In this document: positions 17,583-27,611 of the stretch, piece by piece | Layout of the letters: each line of letters starts with the position of its first letter | Numbering within the stretch: position 1 is the stretch's first letter | Assembly: GCA_023700785.1 (NCBI GenBank) | Contig: JAMPYH010000001.1 | Location: 1 to 28,899, forward strand | Length of the DNA: 28,899 bases | Source: Candidatus Zixiibacteriota bacterium | GTDB taxonomy: Bacteria; Zixibacteria; MSB-5A5; GN15; FEB-12 | Reading direction: 5' to 3' | The notes under the pieces: generated by a model | What the model was told of the DNA's origin: nothing | The model's input: only the letters and a program-made list of their open reading frames with translations | Database searches by the model: none | Position numbers and translations under genes: made by a program

Positions 17583-20500
17583 ATGTTAAAAGAGGCGGTT
17601 GAAATACAAAAACAAGGATCGACGGGTAAGACCAGCAAACGGAGAATGGTGACCATTGATGGGAACACCGCCGCCGCGCATGTCGCCCATGCCACCAATG
17701 AAGTGATCGCGATCTACCCGATCACGCCGTCATCCAATATGGGTGAGATCAGCGACGCCAAATCGGCGGCGAAAGAAAGGAATATATGGGGGACGATCCC
17801 GACCGTGGTCGAGATGCAGTCCGAAGGCGGCGCGGCCGGCGCGGTGCATGGCGCCCTCACCACCGGAGCGCTGACCACGACGTTCACCGCGTCGCAGGGT
17901 CTGCTGCTGATGATCCCGAATATGTTCAAGATCGCGGGCGAGATGACGCCGACCGTTTTTCATGTCACCGCTCGCGCGGTGGCGACTCACGCGCTGTCGA
18001 TCTTTGGCGACCACTCTGACGTCATGGCGACCCGTTCGACCGGATTTGGGCTGATCGCGTCGGGTTCGGTGCAGGAAGTCATGGATCTCGCGCTGATCGC
18101 TCAGGCCGGCGCGTTAGCCAGCCGAGTACCGTTCATCCATTTCTTTGATGGTTTCAGGACCTCGCACGAAGTGCAGAAGGTAGAAGAGGTATCGTTCGAC
18201 GATATGCGCGCGATGATGGATGAGGATCTGGTCGCGAAGCATCGCCAGCGCGCCCTCTCCCCCGATTTCCCGACCATCAAGGGGACTTCGCAGAACCCGG
18301 ACGTCTTTTTCCAGGGACGCGAGACGATCAACAAGTACTACATCGCCGCTCCGCAGATCATCCAGGGATCGATGGACAAGTTCGCGTCGATCGTCGGCCG
18401 TCAGTACAAGCTGTTTGATTATTATGGACACCCGCAGGCCGAGCATGTTGTCGTGATCATGGGGACCGGCTCGGAAGTCGTGCACGAGACGGTTGATCAT
18501 CTGGTTTCGAAAGGCGAAAAGGTCGGCTTGATCAAAGTTCGCCTCTATCGCCCGTTCTCGGTGGATTATCTTGCCCAGGCACTGCCCGCGACCGTGAAGC
18601 GGATCGCGGTGATGGATCGGACCAAGGAAGCGGGCTCTGTCGGTGAACCGCTCTATACCGATATACAGACCGCGGTCAATGAAATGCTGGATCGAGGGAT
18701 CGCCAAGTTCTCGCAGCACCCGTTGATCGTCGGCGGACGATACGGCCTCGGCTCGAAAGAGTTCAATCCGCCTATGGCCAAGGCGATCTTTGACAATCTC
18801 AGAGCAAAGGAGCCGAAAAATCACTTCACGGTCGGCATTCGGGATGACGTCACATTTTTCTCGCTTGAGCCCGACCACTCTTTCGATATCGAGGGGGATA
18901 CTTTCCGCGGCCTGTTCTACGGCCTCGGCTCCGACGGAACAGTCGGCGCCAACAAAAACTCGATCAAGATCATCGGCGAGAACACGGATAACTGGGCGCA
19001 GGGGTATTTCGTGTACGACTCGAAGAAAGCCGGCGCGGTGACCGTGTCGCATCTTCGGTTCGGCAAAGACCCGATACGCAAACCGTACCTGATCAACAAG
19101 GCGCAGTTTGTCGCCTGCCACAATTCGAGTTTCCTCGAGAAGTACGAGATGGTGGAGAAACTTGAGGATGGAGGCATCTTCCTGATGACCTCCTCGCATC
19201 CGGCTGACAAGATCTGGGATACGCTGCCGCGCGAAGTGCAGGAAGCGCTGATCGCCCGCAATGCGAAGTTCTATGTGATCGACGCGATCGACATCGCCAA
19301 GAATCTCGGCCTCGGCGCTCGCATCAATATGATCATGCAGACCGCGTTTTTTGTCATCTCGGGCGTCTTGCCCCGCGACAAGGCGATCGAGGCGATCAAA
19401 CAGGCGATCGTCAAAACGTACGGATCCAAGGGCGAAAAAGTCGTCAATATGAACTTTGCCGCGGTGGATGCCGCGATCGAAGGGATCCACGAGGTGACGT
19501 ATCCGGCCCAGGCGACCGCGAAAACCAAGCGCCCGCCGATGGTGCCGACGTTCGCGCCTGAGTTTGTCAAATCGGTGACCGGCGAGATCATTGCCGGGCG
19601 CGGTGATGACCTGCCAGTGTCGGCCTTCCCGGATGATGGGACCTATCCGACCGGTACTACTCAGTATGAGAAACGCAATATCGCGGTGGATATCCCGGTC
19701 TGGGAGACGGATCTTTGCATCCAGTGTAATATCTGCGCGCTGGTCTGCCCGCACGCCGCCATTCGCCCGAAGGTATTTGACGCGAGTTATATCGAAAAAG
19801 CTCCCGCCGACTTCAAGTATGTCAAGGCGATGACCAAACAGTTCGAGGGGATGTATTATTCGCTGCAAGTCGCTCCGGAAGATTGCACCGGCTGCGTGGT
19901 CTGCGTGAATGCCTGCCCGGCGGTGAAAAAGAATGCCGACGGAACGAAGTCGAACTTCCGAGCGATCAACATGGCCTTGCAGGAGCCGATCCGCGAGCAG
20001 GAGCGAAAGAACTGGGACTTCTTCCTCAACGTGCTGCCGGATACCGATCCGAAGCTGTACAATCTTGAGACGCCAAAAGGGTCGCAGTTCGTGAAGCCGC
20101 TCTTCGAGTTCTCAGGAGCGTGCGCCGGCTGCGGCGAAACTCCATATGTGAAACTGGTAACTCAGTTGTACGGCGATCGAGCGTTGTGCGCCAACGCCAC
20201 CGGCTGTTCCTCAATTTACGGCGGCAACCTGCCGACAACGCCGTATTGTCAACGCGCCGATGGCCGCGGTCCTGCCTGGTCCAACTCGCTGTTCGAAGAT
20301 AACGCGGAGTTTGGATTCGGCATGCGTTTGACCGCCGACAAGCTCAAAGAGTACGCGTTTGAGCTGGTCAAAGATCTGGTCCCGGAAATGTATGACGAGT
20401 TACATACCGCCGACCAGTCCTCACAGCACGGGATCGAGCAGCAGCGCGTCCGCGTGCAGATGCTTCAGGATAAACTGCACAAGCTGGACGGCTCCGAAAA

Positions 20501-21203
20501 GGTAGTCGCGCTCAAGAATGTCGCTAATTTCCTGGTCAATAAATCGGTCTGGGTGATCGGCGGCGACGGCTGGGCGTATGATATCGGCTTCGGCGGTCTG
20601 GATCATGTGTTGGCGTCAGGGCTGAATGTCAACGTGCTGGTGCTCGACACCGAAGTTTATTCCAACACCGGCGGCCAGATGTCGAAAGCGACCCCTCGTG
20701 GCGCGACGGCGCAGTTCGCCGCCGCCGGCAAAGCGGCGCCAAAGAAAGATCTTGGCCTGATGATGATGTCATACGGCAATGTTTATGTGGCGCAAGTCGC
20801 GATCGGCGGTAGTCACAACCAGGCGGTGAAGGCGTTTGTCGAAGCTGAAAAATACAACGGCCCCTCGCTGATCATCGCGTACGGTCACTGTATCGCTCAC
20901 GGTATCGATATGGCGCATGGGATGGATCATGAGGAACTGGCGGTCAAGTCCGGCCATTGGCTGCTTTATCGATATAACCCGGATCTGGTGAACCAGGGGA
21001 AGAATCCGCTGCAACTGGACAGCAAAGAGCCGTCGATCCCGTTTGAGCAGTATGCCTACGCGGAGAACAGATGGCGGACGTTGCTGGGAAAGGATCCGGA
21101 ACGAGCCAAATGGTTGCTTGAGGCGGGCCAGAAAGACTGCCAACGTCGCTGGAACCTGTACAAGCAGCTGGCCGGAATGGATTATTCGACGGTCAAAGAT
21201 TGA
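17583..21203 (+). CDS. nifJ: Pyruvate:ferredoxin (flavodoxin) oxidoreductase, homodimeric type
   Basis: 'YPITPSS', 'EMQSEGGAAG', two CxxCxxCxxxCP clusters (CIQCNICALVCP, CTGCVVCVNACP), 'FSGACAGCGE', TPP motif 'GGDGWAYDIG'; AGGAG upstream. Confidence 0.97.
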   Translation: MLKEAVEIQKQGSTGKTSKRRMVTIDGNTAAAHVAHATNEVIAIYPITPSSNMGEISDAKSAAKERNIWGTIPTVVEMQSEGGAAGAVHGALTTGALTTTFTASQGLLLMIPNMFKIAGEMTPTVFHVTARAVATHALSIFGDHSDVMATRSTGFGLIASGSVQEVMDLALIAQAGALASRVPFIHFFDGFRTSHEVQKVEEVSFDDMRAMMDEDLVAKHRQRALSPDFPTIKGTSQNPDVFFQGRETINKYYIAAPQIIQGSMDKFASIVGRQYKLFDYYGHPQAEHVVVIMGTGSEVVHETVDHLVSKGEKVGLIKVRLYRPFSVDYLAQALPATVKRIAVMDRTKEAGSVGEPLYTDIQTAVNEMLDRGIAKFSQHPLIVGGRYGLGSKEFNPPMAKAIFDNLRAKEPKNHFTVGIRDDVTFFSLEPDHSFDIEGDTFRGLFYGLGSDGTVGANKNSIKIIGENTDNWAQGYFVYDSKKAGAVTVSHLRFGKDPIRKPYLINKAQFVACHNSSFLEKYEMVEKLEDGGIFLMTSSHPADKIWDTLPREVQEALIARNAKFYVIDAIDIAKNLGLGARINMIMQTAFFVISGVLPRDKAIEAIKQAIVKTYGSKGEKVVNMNFAAVDAAIEGIHEVTYPAQATAKTKRPPMVPTFAPEFVKSVTGEIIAGRGDDLPVSAFPDDGTYPTGTTQYEKRNIAVDIPVWETDLCIQCNICALVCPHAAIRPKVFDASYIEKAPADFKYVKAMTKQFEGMYYSLQVAPEDCTGCVVCVNACPAVKKNADGTKSNFRAINMALQEPIREQERKNWDFFLNVLPDTDPKLYNLETPKGSQFVKPLFEFSGACAGCGETPYVKLVTQLYGDRALCANATGCSSIYGGNLPTTPYCQRADGRGPAWSNSLFEDNAEFGFGMRLTADKLKEYAFELVKDLVPEMYDELHTADQSSQHGIEQQRVRVQMLQDKLHKLDGSEKVVALKNVANFLVNKSVWVIGGDGWAYDIGFGGLDHVLASGLNVNVLVLDTEVYSNTGGQMSKATPRGATAQFAAAGKAAPKKDLGLMMMSYGNVYVAQVAIGGSHNQAVKAFVEAEKYNGPSLIIAYGHCIAHGIDMAHGMDHEELAVKSGHWLLYRYNPDLVNQGKNPLQLDSKEPSIPFEQYAYAENRWRTLLGKDPERAKWLLEAGQKDCQRRWNLYKQLAGMDYSTVKD

Positions 21204-21235
21204 ACAGTTTAGCATTAATGAGCTTGCAGAGAGCG

Positions 21236-21261
21236 AAGGCGGGTCGAAAGCCCGCCTTTTT
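21236..21261 (+). terminator. Rho-independent terminator after nifJ
   Basis: AAGGCGGG-TCGAAAG-CCCGCCTT followed by TTT. Confidence 0.85.
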
Positions 21262-21360
21262 CATAAAAGGTCCGGCCGGTCCGGTATTCAAGAATCCTCT
21301 CTAGAGAGCCGATATTTTACCTAACGACTATCAGGAACAAGTTCGAACTCTGGAGGAACA

Positions 21361-22215
21361 ATGCGTGTCCGTTTAGCTCTCGCTCTGACGGTGGCCGCCC
21401 TGATCGCCTCGGCAGCGATCGCCGCCCCGACCCCTCAGGAACAGGAAATGGTCAACCAATTCCTGAAAAAAACTGAGAGAAAACACAAAGCGAAAAAAGT
21501 CGGTTGGTTCTCGGCCAGCTTTTCCGCCAACCGGATCAACCGGAACAACGAATACAACTCGTTCACCAATCACCTTAATTCGTCGCTTTCCGGCGGCGAG
21601 TTCTCCTGGCTTGGCCAGGCGTATGCCGCTGGTGCCGAGTTAGGAATTGGCGTAAGCAAGAAAGTGGCGTGGATGGCCGGTGGCGAGTTCTGGCTGAAGA
21701 CCGGCGAAAAGCTGACCGGAACGATCACCTACGCTCCTCCGGCAGGGTCACCGGTTCAGTTGACTGATCCGCAGTCGGAGATCAAGGTGTACGGCGCTTA
21801 TACCGGCATCAACTACTCTATCTGGAATCCCCGTTTGGCCGGCCAGGAGATCATCGGCGGGTCCGCGTGGATGACCGGTACCATTGGCTACTATCAGGTT
21901 GCCTGGGATCTCTTTGCGGAGTACCAGAATCTGAACCTTGCGACCGCTGCCCCAGAGGGGACCAATGCTGAGTTTAAGGGGAACGCCCCGGGATTCAGCC
22001 TGGGCGTTGGCCTGGACTACCCGATCGGTTTCGCCGGCATGGCGTTCGCGGCCGAGGCGAACTATTTACACCTGAACTTTAACAATGTCGCGTGGTATAA
22101 TTCTGCGGACCAGGAAGTGGTCGCCACGTACAATGAGTCCCCGGACAGCCGTGTTGACCTGAAGATGTCAGGTATTCGCGCCCGGATCTCGCTGAAGAAG
22201 TATTTCACTTTGTAA
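21361..22215 (+). CDS. Predicted outer-membrane beta-barrel protein, function unknown
   Basis: Signal peptide, GGAGG RBS, alternating amphipathic strands (GFSLGVGLDY, FAAEANYL), C-terminal strand GIRARISLKKYF. Confidence 0.65.
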   Translation: MRVRLALALTVAALIASAAIAAPTPQEQEMVNQFLKKTERKHKAKKVGWFSASFSANRINRNNEYNSFTNHLNSSLSGGEFSWLGQAYAAGAELGIGVSKKVAWMAGGEFWLKTGEKLTGTITYAPPAGSPVQLTDPQSEIKVYGAYTGINYSIWNPRLAGQEIIGGSAWMTGTIGYYQVAWDLFAEYQNLNLATAAPEGTNAEFKGNAPGFSLGVGLDYPIGFAGMAFAAEANYLHLNFNNVAWYNSADQEVVATYNESPDSRVDLKMSGIRARISLKKYFTL

Positions 22216-22233
22216 GCCGGCTGTTTCCGTTGC

Positions 22234-22261
22234 TTGACAGGTGGCGATTCATACCTATCTT
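22234..22261 (+). promoter_or_regulatory. Putative sigma70 promoter of the TolB-like gene
   Basis: TTGACA-N16-TATCTT about 40 bp before the TTG start. Confidence 0.45.
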
Positions 22262-22302
22262 GTCGTGAACAGACACGCCTAGCTTAACCGGAGAAAGATA
22301 GA

Positions 22303-23343
22303 TTGAAACGACATCTGTGGACCCTTACTGCCGCCGCCCTGGCACTGCTTATTGGCAGCTTGTCCGACGGCGGCACTTCTTTTGCCCAGACCAAACTGCC
22401 GGCCTCGCTGGCAGGAACCATTCCACCCCGTCCGACGGGCAAGATCGCCTTCATTCGAGATAATGACCTCTGGATGATGGATGCCGACGGCCAGCGCCAG
22501 CAACGGGTCGCCGAGATCAAGAACGCCGATGGCCGCATCAGCTGGTCGCCTGACGGCAAGCGGATCGCCTTTACCCGAGCAGGCAAGGTCCAGTTCCAGG
22601 AGCCGGACAACTCCGGCGGCGTGAAAAAGATCTACGACGTTTTTGTGGCTTATCTCGACTCGGCCGCGGTTGGCAATACCCTGTGGTGGCGACGGTTGAG
22701 CATGGATGTCGGCGGACGGGATCCAGAGTGGAGCGCTGACGGCAGCACCATCTATTTCACGCGCGATATGAACGCCAATATTGTAAATGCCGCGTCGCCG
22801 AATTATCAGATCTGCTCGATGGATGATGAAGGCGGCAATCAGGTTCTCCTGCGCAAAGACTGGCAAAACATGAAAGAGTTCTTCATGTCGCCCACGGTCA
22901 GCGCCAAAGGGGATGTCGCGTTCGTGCATATGTACGACAACAAGCCTCAGGGGATCGCCGTATTGAATAAGGCCGGATTTATGAAGTCCGTAGATTCGGT
23001 GAAGATCCAGACCAAAAAGATGCTGAACTGTGTCGCGCCGGCCTGGTCACCCGATGGCAAGTGGCTCGCCTATGTTCGCTCGGATCTCCAGAACTCCGGC
23101 GTATGGATCTCAACTCCGGACCTAAAGACGCAATATGTTATCTACCAGCCGCCGGCAAGTACGGCGATGCGCCCGGTCGCGCCGTCCTGGTCGCCTGACG
23201 GGAAGTGGCTGACCTTCTCGACGCATGACGGGTCGATCTATATCTGCGATATCACCGGCTCGAACTTAAAGCGTCTCACCGGACCGGGGACAGATTGGGC
23301 GCCTGCCTGGTCAAAGGCTCCCAAGACCACCGCCGCGAAATGA
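22303..23343 (+). CDS. Secreted TolB-like / PD40 beta-propeller protein
   Basis: Signal peptide and repeated 'SWSPDGKRIAF', 'AWSPDGKWLAY', 'SWSPDGKWLTF', 'PAWS' motifs; TTG start with GGAG upstream. Confidence 0.85.
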   Translation: MKRHLWTLTAAALALLIGSLSDGGTSFAQTKLPASLAGTIPPRPTGKIAFIRDNDLWMMDADGQRQQRVAEIKNADGRISWSPDGKRIAFTRAGKVQFQEPDNSGGVKKIYDVFVAYLDSAAVGNTLWWRRLSMDVGGRDPEWSADGSTIYFTRDMNANIVNAASPNYQICSMDDEGGNQVLLRKDWQNMKEFFMSPTVSAKGDVAFVHMYDNKPQGIAVLNKAGFMKSVDSVKIQTKKMLNCVAPAWSPDGKWLAYVRSDLQNSGVWISTPDLKTQYVIYQPPASTAMRPVAPSWSPDGKWLTFSTHDGSIYICDITGSNLKRLTGPGTDWAPAWSKAPKTTAAK

Positions 23344-23344
23344 C

Positions 23345-23394
23345 GCATTGACAAATCAATGCAGGAACGGCCGGATCGATCTGATCCGGCCGTT
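23345..23394. repeat. Two tandem inverted repeats between the convergent TolB-like gene and pepA
   Basis: GCATTGA-CAAA-TCAATGC (23345-23362) and AACGGCCGGATC-GATCT-GATCCGGCCGTT (23366-23394, perfect 12-bp stem). Confidence 0.8.
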
Positions 23395-23416
23395 GCTGTT
23401 TGAATTGAACCGATCG

Positions 23417-24916
23417 TCATTTTTTGGGGCGGTGCCAGTTGGTCAAAACATGCGTCAGGAGTCGCACCCCAAATCCGGTGGCGCCTTTTGGCTGATACGG
23501 TCTCCCCTTCGGTTCATGATCGACGTACGCGATATCGATATGTGCCCAGGGCCAGTTTCCGATGAAGTTCTCGAGAAACGCCGTGGCGGTCATCGTGCCC
23601 GCGGGCCTTCCCCCCGAATTGATCAGATCGGAGATCGACCCTTTCATCGCGTCGCGGAACTCATCCCATATCGGCATCCGCCAGGTTCGTTCGGCAGTAG
23701 CGTCGGACGCTGACGCGAGCTGGGCCATCAGGTCGTCGTTATTGCCAAGCACCGGAGCTCCGGCGTAGCCGAGCACAAACAACGCCGCGCCGGTAAGCGT
23801 CGCGATATCGATCACTGCCTGGGGCTCGAACGTATTGGCGTAATCCAGCGCGTCGGCAAGGATCAGACGGCCTTCGGCGTCGGTGTTGATTATCTCGACC
23901 GTGATCCCTTTGCGCGAGACCAGAACATCGCCGGGTTTGGTCGCTGTCCCCGATGGCATATTTTCGGTCAAAGGCGTAATGGTCACCAGGTTGAGAGGGA
24001 GTTTGAGACGAGCGGCGGTGATAATAGTGGCCAGCATTGTGGCGGAACCATGCATATCCCCCTTCATCTCATGCATATTCTCGGCCGGTTTGATAGAGAT
24101 ACCGCCGGAGTCGAAGGTCACTCCTTTGCCGACCAGCACCACCGGCTTCTGACCATCCCGTCGCCCATTGTAGCGAAGAATGACAAAGCGAGGCGGTTCT
24201 TCGGAACCGCGTGAGACGCCGAGCAGACATCCCATGTTCTCCCGCTCGATCGCTTTCTCATCGAGCACCCGACAGTGGATCCGGTGTTTGCGCGCGAGCT
24301 CCTGCATCTTCCTGGCGTAAATGCGCGGAGTTAGATAATTGGAGGGAGTGAACGCCAGCCGTCGGGCGAGATTTTGCCCTTCGGCGATGATCTGACCGCG
24401 CTTGATCGCCGCCTGCAGCGGACCAAGCTCTCGCTTATCGCTGACGGCGAAAAGCAGGTCGGTTAATTTACTGCTGTCTTTTCTCGCTTCGCCGGAACGG
24501 AACTCGTTCATCTTGAATGAGCCGAGCATATATCCTTCGATCGCGGCCTGGAAAAACTCGTCGTCCGAGAAGCCGTCGAAATAGACCACCGCTTTGCGGC
24601 TGCCGGTCAACGCTTTGGCGCGCGAGACATTGCCGAGCGCGGCGCGGAAACTGTCGGCGGTAAGGGTGGATTCTTCCCCCAGTCCGACCAAAAGCACTCG
24701 CTTGGATTTGAATCCCTGCGGGCTGTAGATGGAACTGATCTCACCGGTCTTGCCGGAGAACTCGCCAAAACTCGCGAGCGAACTAACCGCCCCCTTGCTG
24801 GCGCTGTCGAGCTGCTTTAGGGCGCCGGACTTGACCGAGCTAAAGCTGGTAACCGGAAGCACGATACAATCGGCTGAGATCTCCTGAAGTTTGCCTGAGG
24901 TGGTTCGAAATTGCAT
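23417..24916 (-). CDS. pepA: Leucyl aminopeptidase (M17)
   Basis: 'VGKGVTFDSGG', 'MKGDM', 'NTDAEGRL', 'WAHIDIA'. Confidence 0.95.
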   Translation of the reverse strand: MQFRTTSGKLQEISADCIVLPVTSFSSVKSGALKQLDSASKGAVSSLASFGEFSGKTGEISSIYSPQGFKSKRVLLVGLGEESTLTADSFRAALGNVSRAKALTGSRKAVVYFDGFSDDEFFQAAIEGYMLGSFKMNEFRSGEARKDSSKLTDLLFAVSDKRELGPLQAAIKRGQIIAEGQNLARRLAFTPSNYLTPRIYARKMQELARKHRIHCRVLDEKAIERENMGCLLGVSRGSEEPPRFVILRYNGRRDGQKPVVLVGKGVTFDSGGISIKPAENMHEMKGDMHGSATMLATIITAARLKLPLNLVTITPLTENMPSGTATKPGDVLVSRKGITVEIINTDAEGRLILADALDYANTFEPQAVIDIATLTGAALFVLGYAGAPVLGNNDDLMAQLASASDATAERTWRMPIWDEFRDAMKGSISDLINSGGRPAGTMTATAFLENFIGNWPWAHIDIAYVDHEPKGRPYQPKGATGFGVRLLTHVLTNWHRPKK

Positions 24917-24963
24917 GAGAACTCCTATTCTCCTGAACTTCCTATCAAAGATCGTTGATTAGC

Positions 24964-26163
24964 TTAATACGGGGTATCCAGAAACGCGCGGTAATTCCGC
25001 TCGGTCTCCTCGAGGTTATCGGATCCAAACTTGGCCAGAAACGCTTCCGCCAAAACCAGCGCGGCGGCGGCTTCGCAGACCACGCCAAGGGCCGGGATGA
25101 CGCAATTATCAGTCCGCTCCACCATCGCTTTGGCCGGCTTCTTGGTCTTTACATCTACTGAGTCGAGCGGCTGGTTTAGCGTCGAGATCGGTTTGCCGGC
25201 GATTCGAACGACAATGTCCTCGCCGTTGGTGATGCCTGCTTCGAGGCCGCCGGCATTATTGGTCTTACGGTAGAAGTCCTTTTTGGCCGGATGCGCGCCT
25301 GCCGCGTAATAGATCTGGTCGTGTACTTGCGAGCCGCAAAGTTCAGCGGCCCTGAAGCCCATCCCGATCTCAACCCCTTTGACCGAATGGAGCGACATCA
25401 ACGCCGCCGCCAACCGACCATCGAGACGATCATTCCATTGCGAGAAACCGCCCAGGGAGACCGGTAATCCTCGAACGATCAGTTCAACTACGCCGCCGAG
25501 CGAATCACGTTTCTTCTTGGCCTGGCGAATTGCCTCGATCATCTTTTTCTCAGTGGCGGAGTCGAGGCAGCGCACCGCCGAAGCTTCGGTTATCTCCTGC
25601 ACTCGACGCACGTCAGCGAGATTCATTCTTTTCGTAAGCTCGACTTCGCCGATGCGCACCACATGCGTGGCAAACTGTACGCCGAAATATTCGAGGAGTT
25701 GGCGAGCCAGCGATCCGGCCGCGACCCGAGCCGCGGTCTCCCGCGCCGAGGCACGTTCCAGCACGTTGCGCAGATCGTAGTGATTCCATTTGATGCCGCC
25801 GGAAAGGTCGGCATGGCCGGGCCGCGGTGTGGCGGTATCATAGGCAAGGCGCTGTTTGCGCAGATCAAGCGATTTGGGCAGCGGGTTGACCGGATGCATG
25901 ATCTCGGTCCAATTCTCCCAGTCCTTGTTGCGTACGACAAGCGTGATCGGACTTCCCAGCGTTTTCCCATGCCGAACGCCGGAGACGATCTCCGCGCGAT
26001 CCTGCTCTATTTTCATCCGGCCGCCACGACCGTACCCTTTCTGGCGACGGCTCATCTGGAAGTCAAGCGCGACGGGATCGATGGTCAGGCCGGCAGGGAG
26101 ACCGTCAAGTATCGCGGTCAGTTGCGGACCGTGGGATTCACCGGATGTCAGGTAACGCAGCAT
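24964..26163 (-). CDS. aroC: Chorismate synthase
   Basis: MLRYLTSGESHG start, 'RPGHAD', 'RASARETAARV', 'NNAGGLEAGITNG', 'KPISTL'. Confidence 0.96.
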   Translation of the reverse strand: MLRYLTSGESHGPQLTAILDGLPAGLTIDPVALDFQMSRRQKGYGRGGRMKIEQDRAEIVSGVRHGKTLGSPITLVVRNKDWENWTEIMHPVNPLPKSLDLRKQRLAYDTATPRPGHADLSGGIKWNHYDLRNVLERASARETAARVAAGSLARQLLEYFGVQFATHVVRIGEVELTKRMNLADVRRVQEITEASAVRCLDSATEKKMIEAIRQAKKKRDSLGGVVELIVRGLPVSLGGFSQWNDRLDGRLAAALMSLHSVKGVEIGMGFRAAELCGSQVHDQIYYAAGAHPAKKDFYRKTNNAGGLEAGITNGEDIVVRIAGKPISTLNQPLDSVDVKTKKPAKAMVERTDNCVIPALGVVCEAAAALVLAEAFLAKFGSDNLEETERNYRAFLDTPY

Positions 26164-26195
26164 GCGTTGAAAGGTATGCAATTGACACCGTCAGG

Positions 26196-27533
26196 TCAAC
26201 GGCTCGGATTTTCCTCGAACATCGTCTCGTCCGGAAGCACCAAACCTGATTCTTCGGACTGCTGTTTGATCCGACGTTCGATACGGTCATCGAGCTTCAT
26301 CGCCTGGGACATATTGTAGAACTCGACTTCGTCGATAGGGGATATCTCTTTGATCTCCGCGATCACGGCGACCGTTTTGCGGACGGCGTTTTCGATCACA
26401 TCAAGGCTGGCGGGCAGGGTCTCGAGGACGCGCGGCGTGTCGCCCCGTTTGAGCCGCTGGCGTAACAGTTGGGTGCGGCCGTACATCGCCATCGCGGCGT
26501 TGTTGACATAATGGGAGAGGGTCGCGATCGCGATATTCTTGGACTCAACCGCGCCTTTATCCCGCTCTTCTTTAAGCAGCTTCTGGCTCAATTCCTGACG
26601 TTCCTGGAACAGGTTGTGTACGATCAGGTAGGTGCGCCAGATCTCTTTATTGGCGCGCATCAGCAGATCCTCGACATTGCCGATGCTCGTATTGAGGAAC
26701 TCCGCGGCGGCAAGAGCGTCAGTCATCAAGGTGATCGAGATCCCTTCGATCTGATCCTTGGTCAGGCTCAACAACCGGGCGATCTGATTGGTGCGGGTCA
26801 TCCGCTCTACCGGATCCCAACCGTAATCGTCCGCGGAGGTATGCCCAAGCAGACTGGCCAGTCGGATGATATTCGTCACCGACTCTCCGGGAACCAGCGC
26901 GGCGAAAGAGTGATGATCCCTGATAGCCTCACAGATCGAAACAGGCAGCCGCCAACGTACCGCCAGATAGTAGCCAACCTCGCAGTGGTCAATGCCGAAG
27001 ACCTGTTTTTCCGCGGCAGACAGTGACGTCGCGCGGATCTGTTTCTGCGCGATCTTCTTGTATTGATCCGGATAATGGTTGATGAAATAGAGCACGCCGA
27101 CATCGTGCAACAGTCCGGCGATAAAGGCTTCATCTGTCGCTTTAGTACCGGCCGCCTTGGCGATCTTCTCCGCGGCGACGGAGACGGTCAGGATGTCGGC
27201 AAAAAGATGCTTTGTATTGACAAATGAGACCTTTTCGTACCGCTCGGGATTGAGCACTGAGGAGGAAAGCGCCATGCACTTAACCGTGCTGATCCCCAAA
27301 ACTTGCACCGCCTGCTGGACAGTAGTAGTGCGGCTGAAGCGCTGATAGAACGACGAGTTGGCCAGTTTGAGAATCCGACTGGTCAGCGCGGGATCCCGAA
27401 GAATGATCCGGGCCAGAGATTCTGTCGAGTAATTTGATTTTTCTATCTCGCGAAGCAACTCATTGAGCGCCTGTGGCAGAGACAGAATGTCGTCGTTTCT
27501 TGAGATATCTTCGAGAATGGTCATTTTGTCCAT
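26196..27533 (-). CDS. HDOD domain protein with a C-terminal HisKA-like (DHp) helix pair and no ATPase domain
   Basis: HDOD: 'LSLPQAL', 'DPALTSRILKLANS', 'AGLLHDVG', 'GIDHCEVG...WRLP'. C-terminal H-box-like 'ATLSHYVNNAAMAMYGRTQLL'. Confidence 0.85.
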   Translation of the reverse strand: MDKMTILEDISRNDDILSLPQALNELLREIEKSNYSTESLARIILRDPALTSRILKLANSSFYQRFSRTTTVQQAVQVLGISTVKCMALSSSVLNPERYEKVSFVNTKHLFADILTVSVAAEKIAKAAGTKATDEAFIAGLLHDVGVLYFINHYPDQYKKIAQKQIRATSLSAAEKQVFGIDHCEVGYYLAVRWRLPVSICEAIRDHHSFAALVPGESVTNIIRLASLLGHTSADDYGWDPVERMTRTNQIARLLSLTKDQIEGISITLMTDALAAAEFLNTSIGNVEDLLMRANKEIWRTYLIVHNLFQERQELSQKLLKEERDKGAVESKNIAIATLSHYVNNAAMAMYGRTQLLRQRLKRGDTPRVLETLPASLDVIENAVRKTVAVIAEIKEISPIDEVEFYNMSQAMKLDDRIERRIKQQSEESGLVLPDETMFEENPSR

Positions 27534-27611
27534 AAGTATAACCGCACCTGTACCTTGTCTTTGTCGGTAAAAAGTCCGGAAGGTTGAGAGAGGGAGCGAA
27601 ATTAGTTGCGG

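Noticed and set aside
18114-19868. 584-aa antisense ORF inside nifJ
   Set aside because: Shadow ORF typical of GC-rich codon usage; no recognisable motifs and fully opposite a conserved gene.
21296-21307. 12-bp perfect palindrome CTCTCTAGAGAG upstream of the barrel gene
   Set aside because: Low-complexity and single occurrence; no regulator can be assigned.
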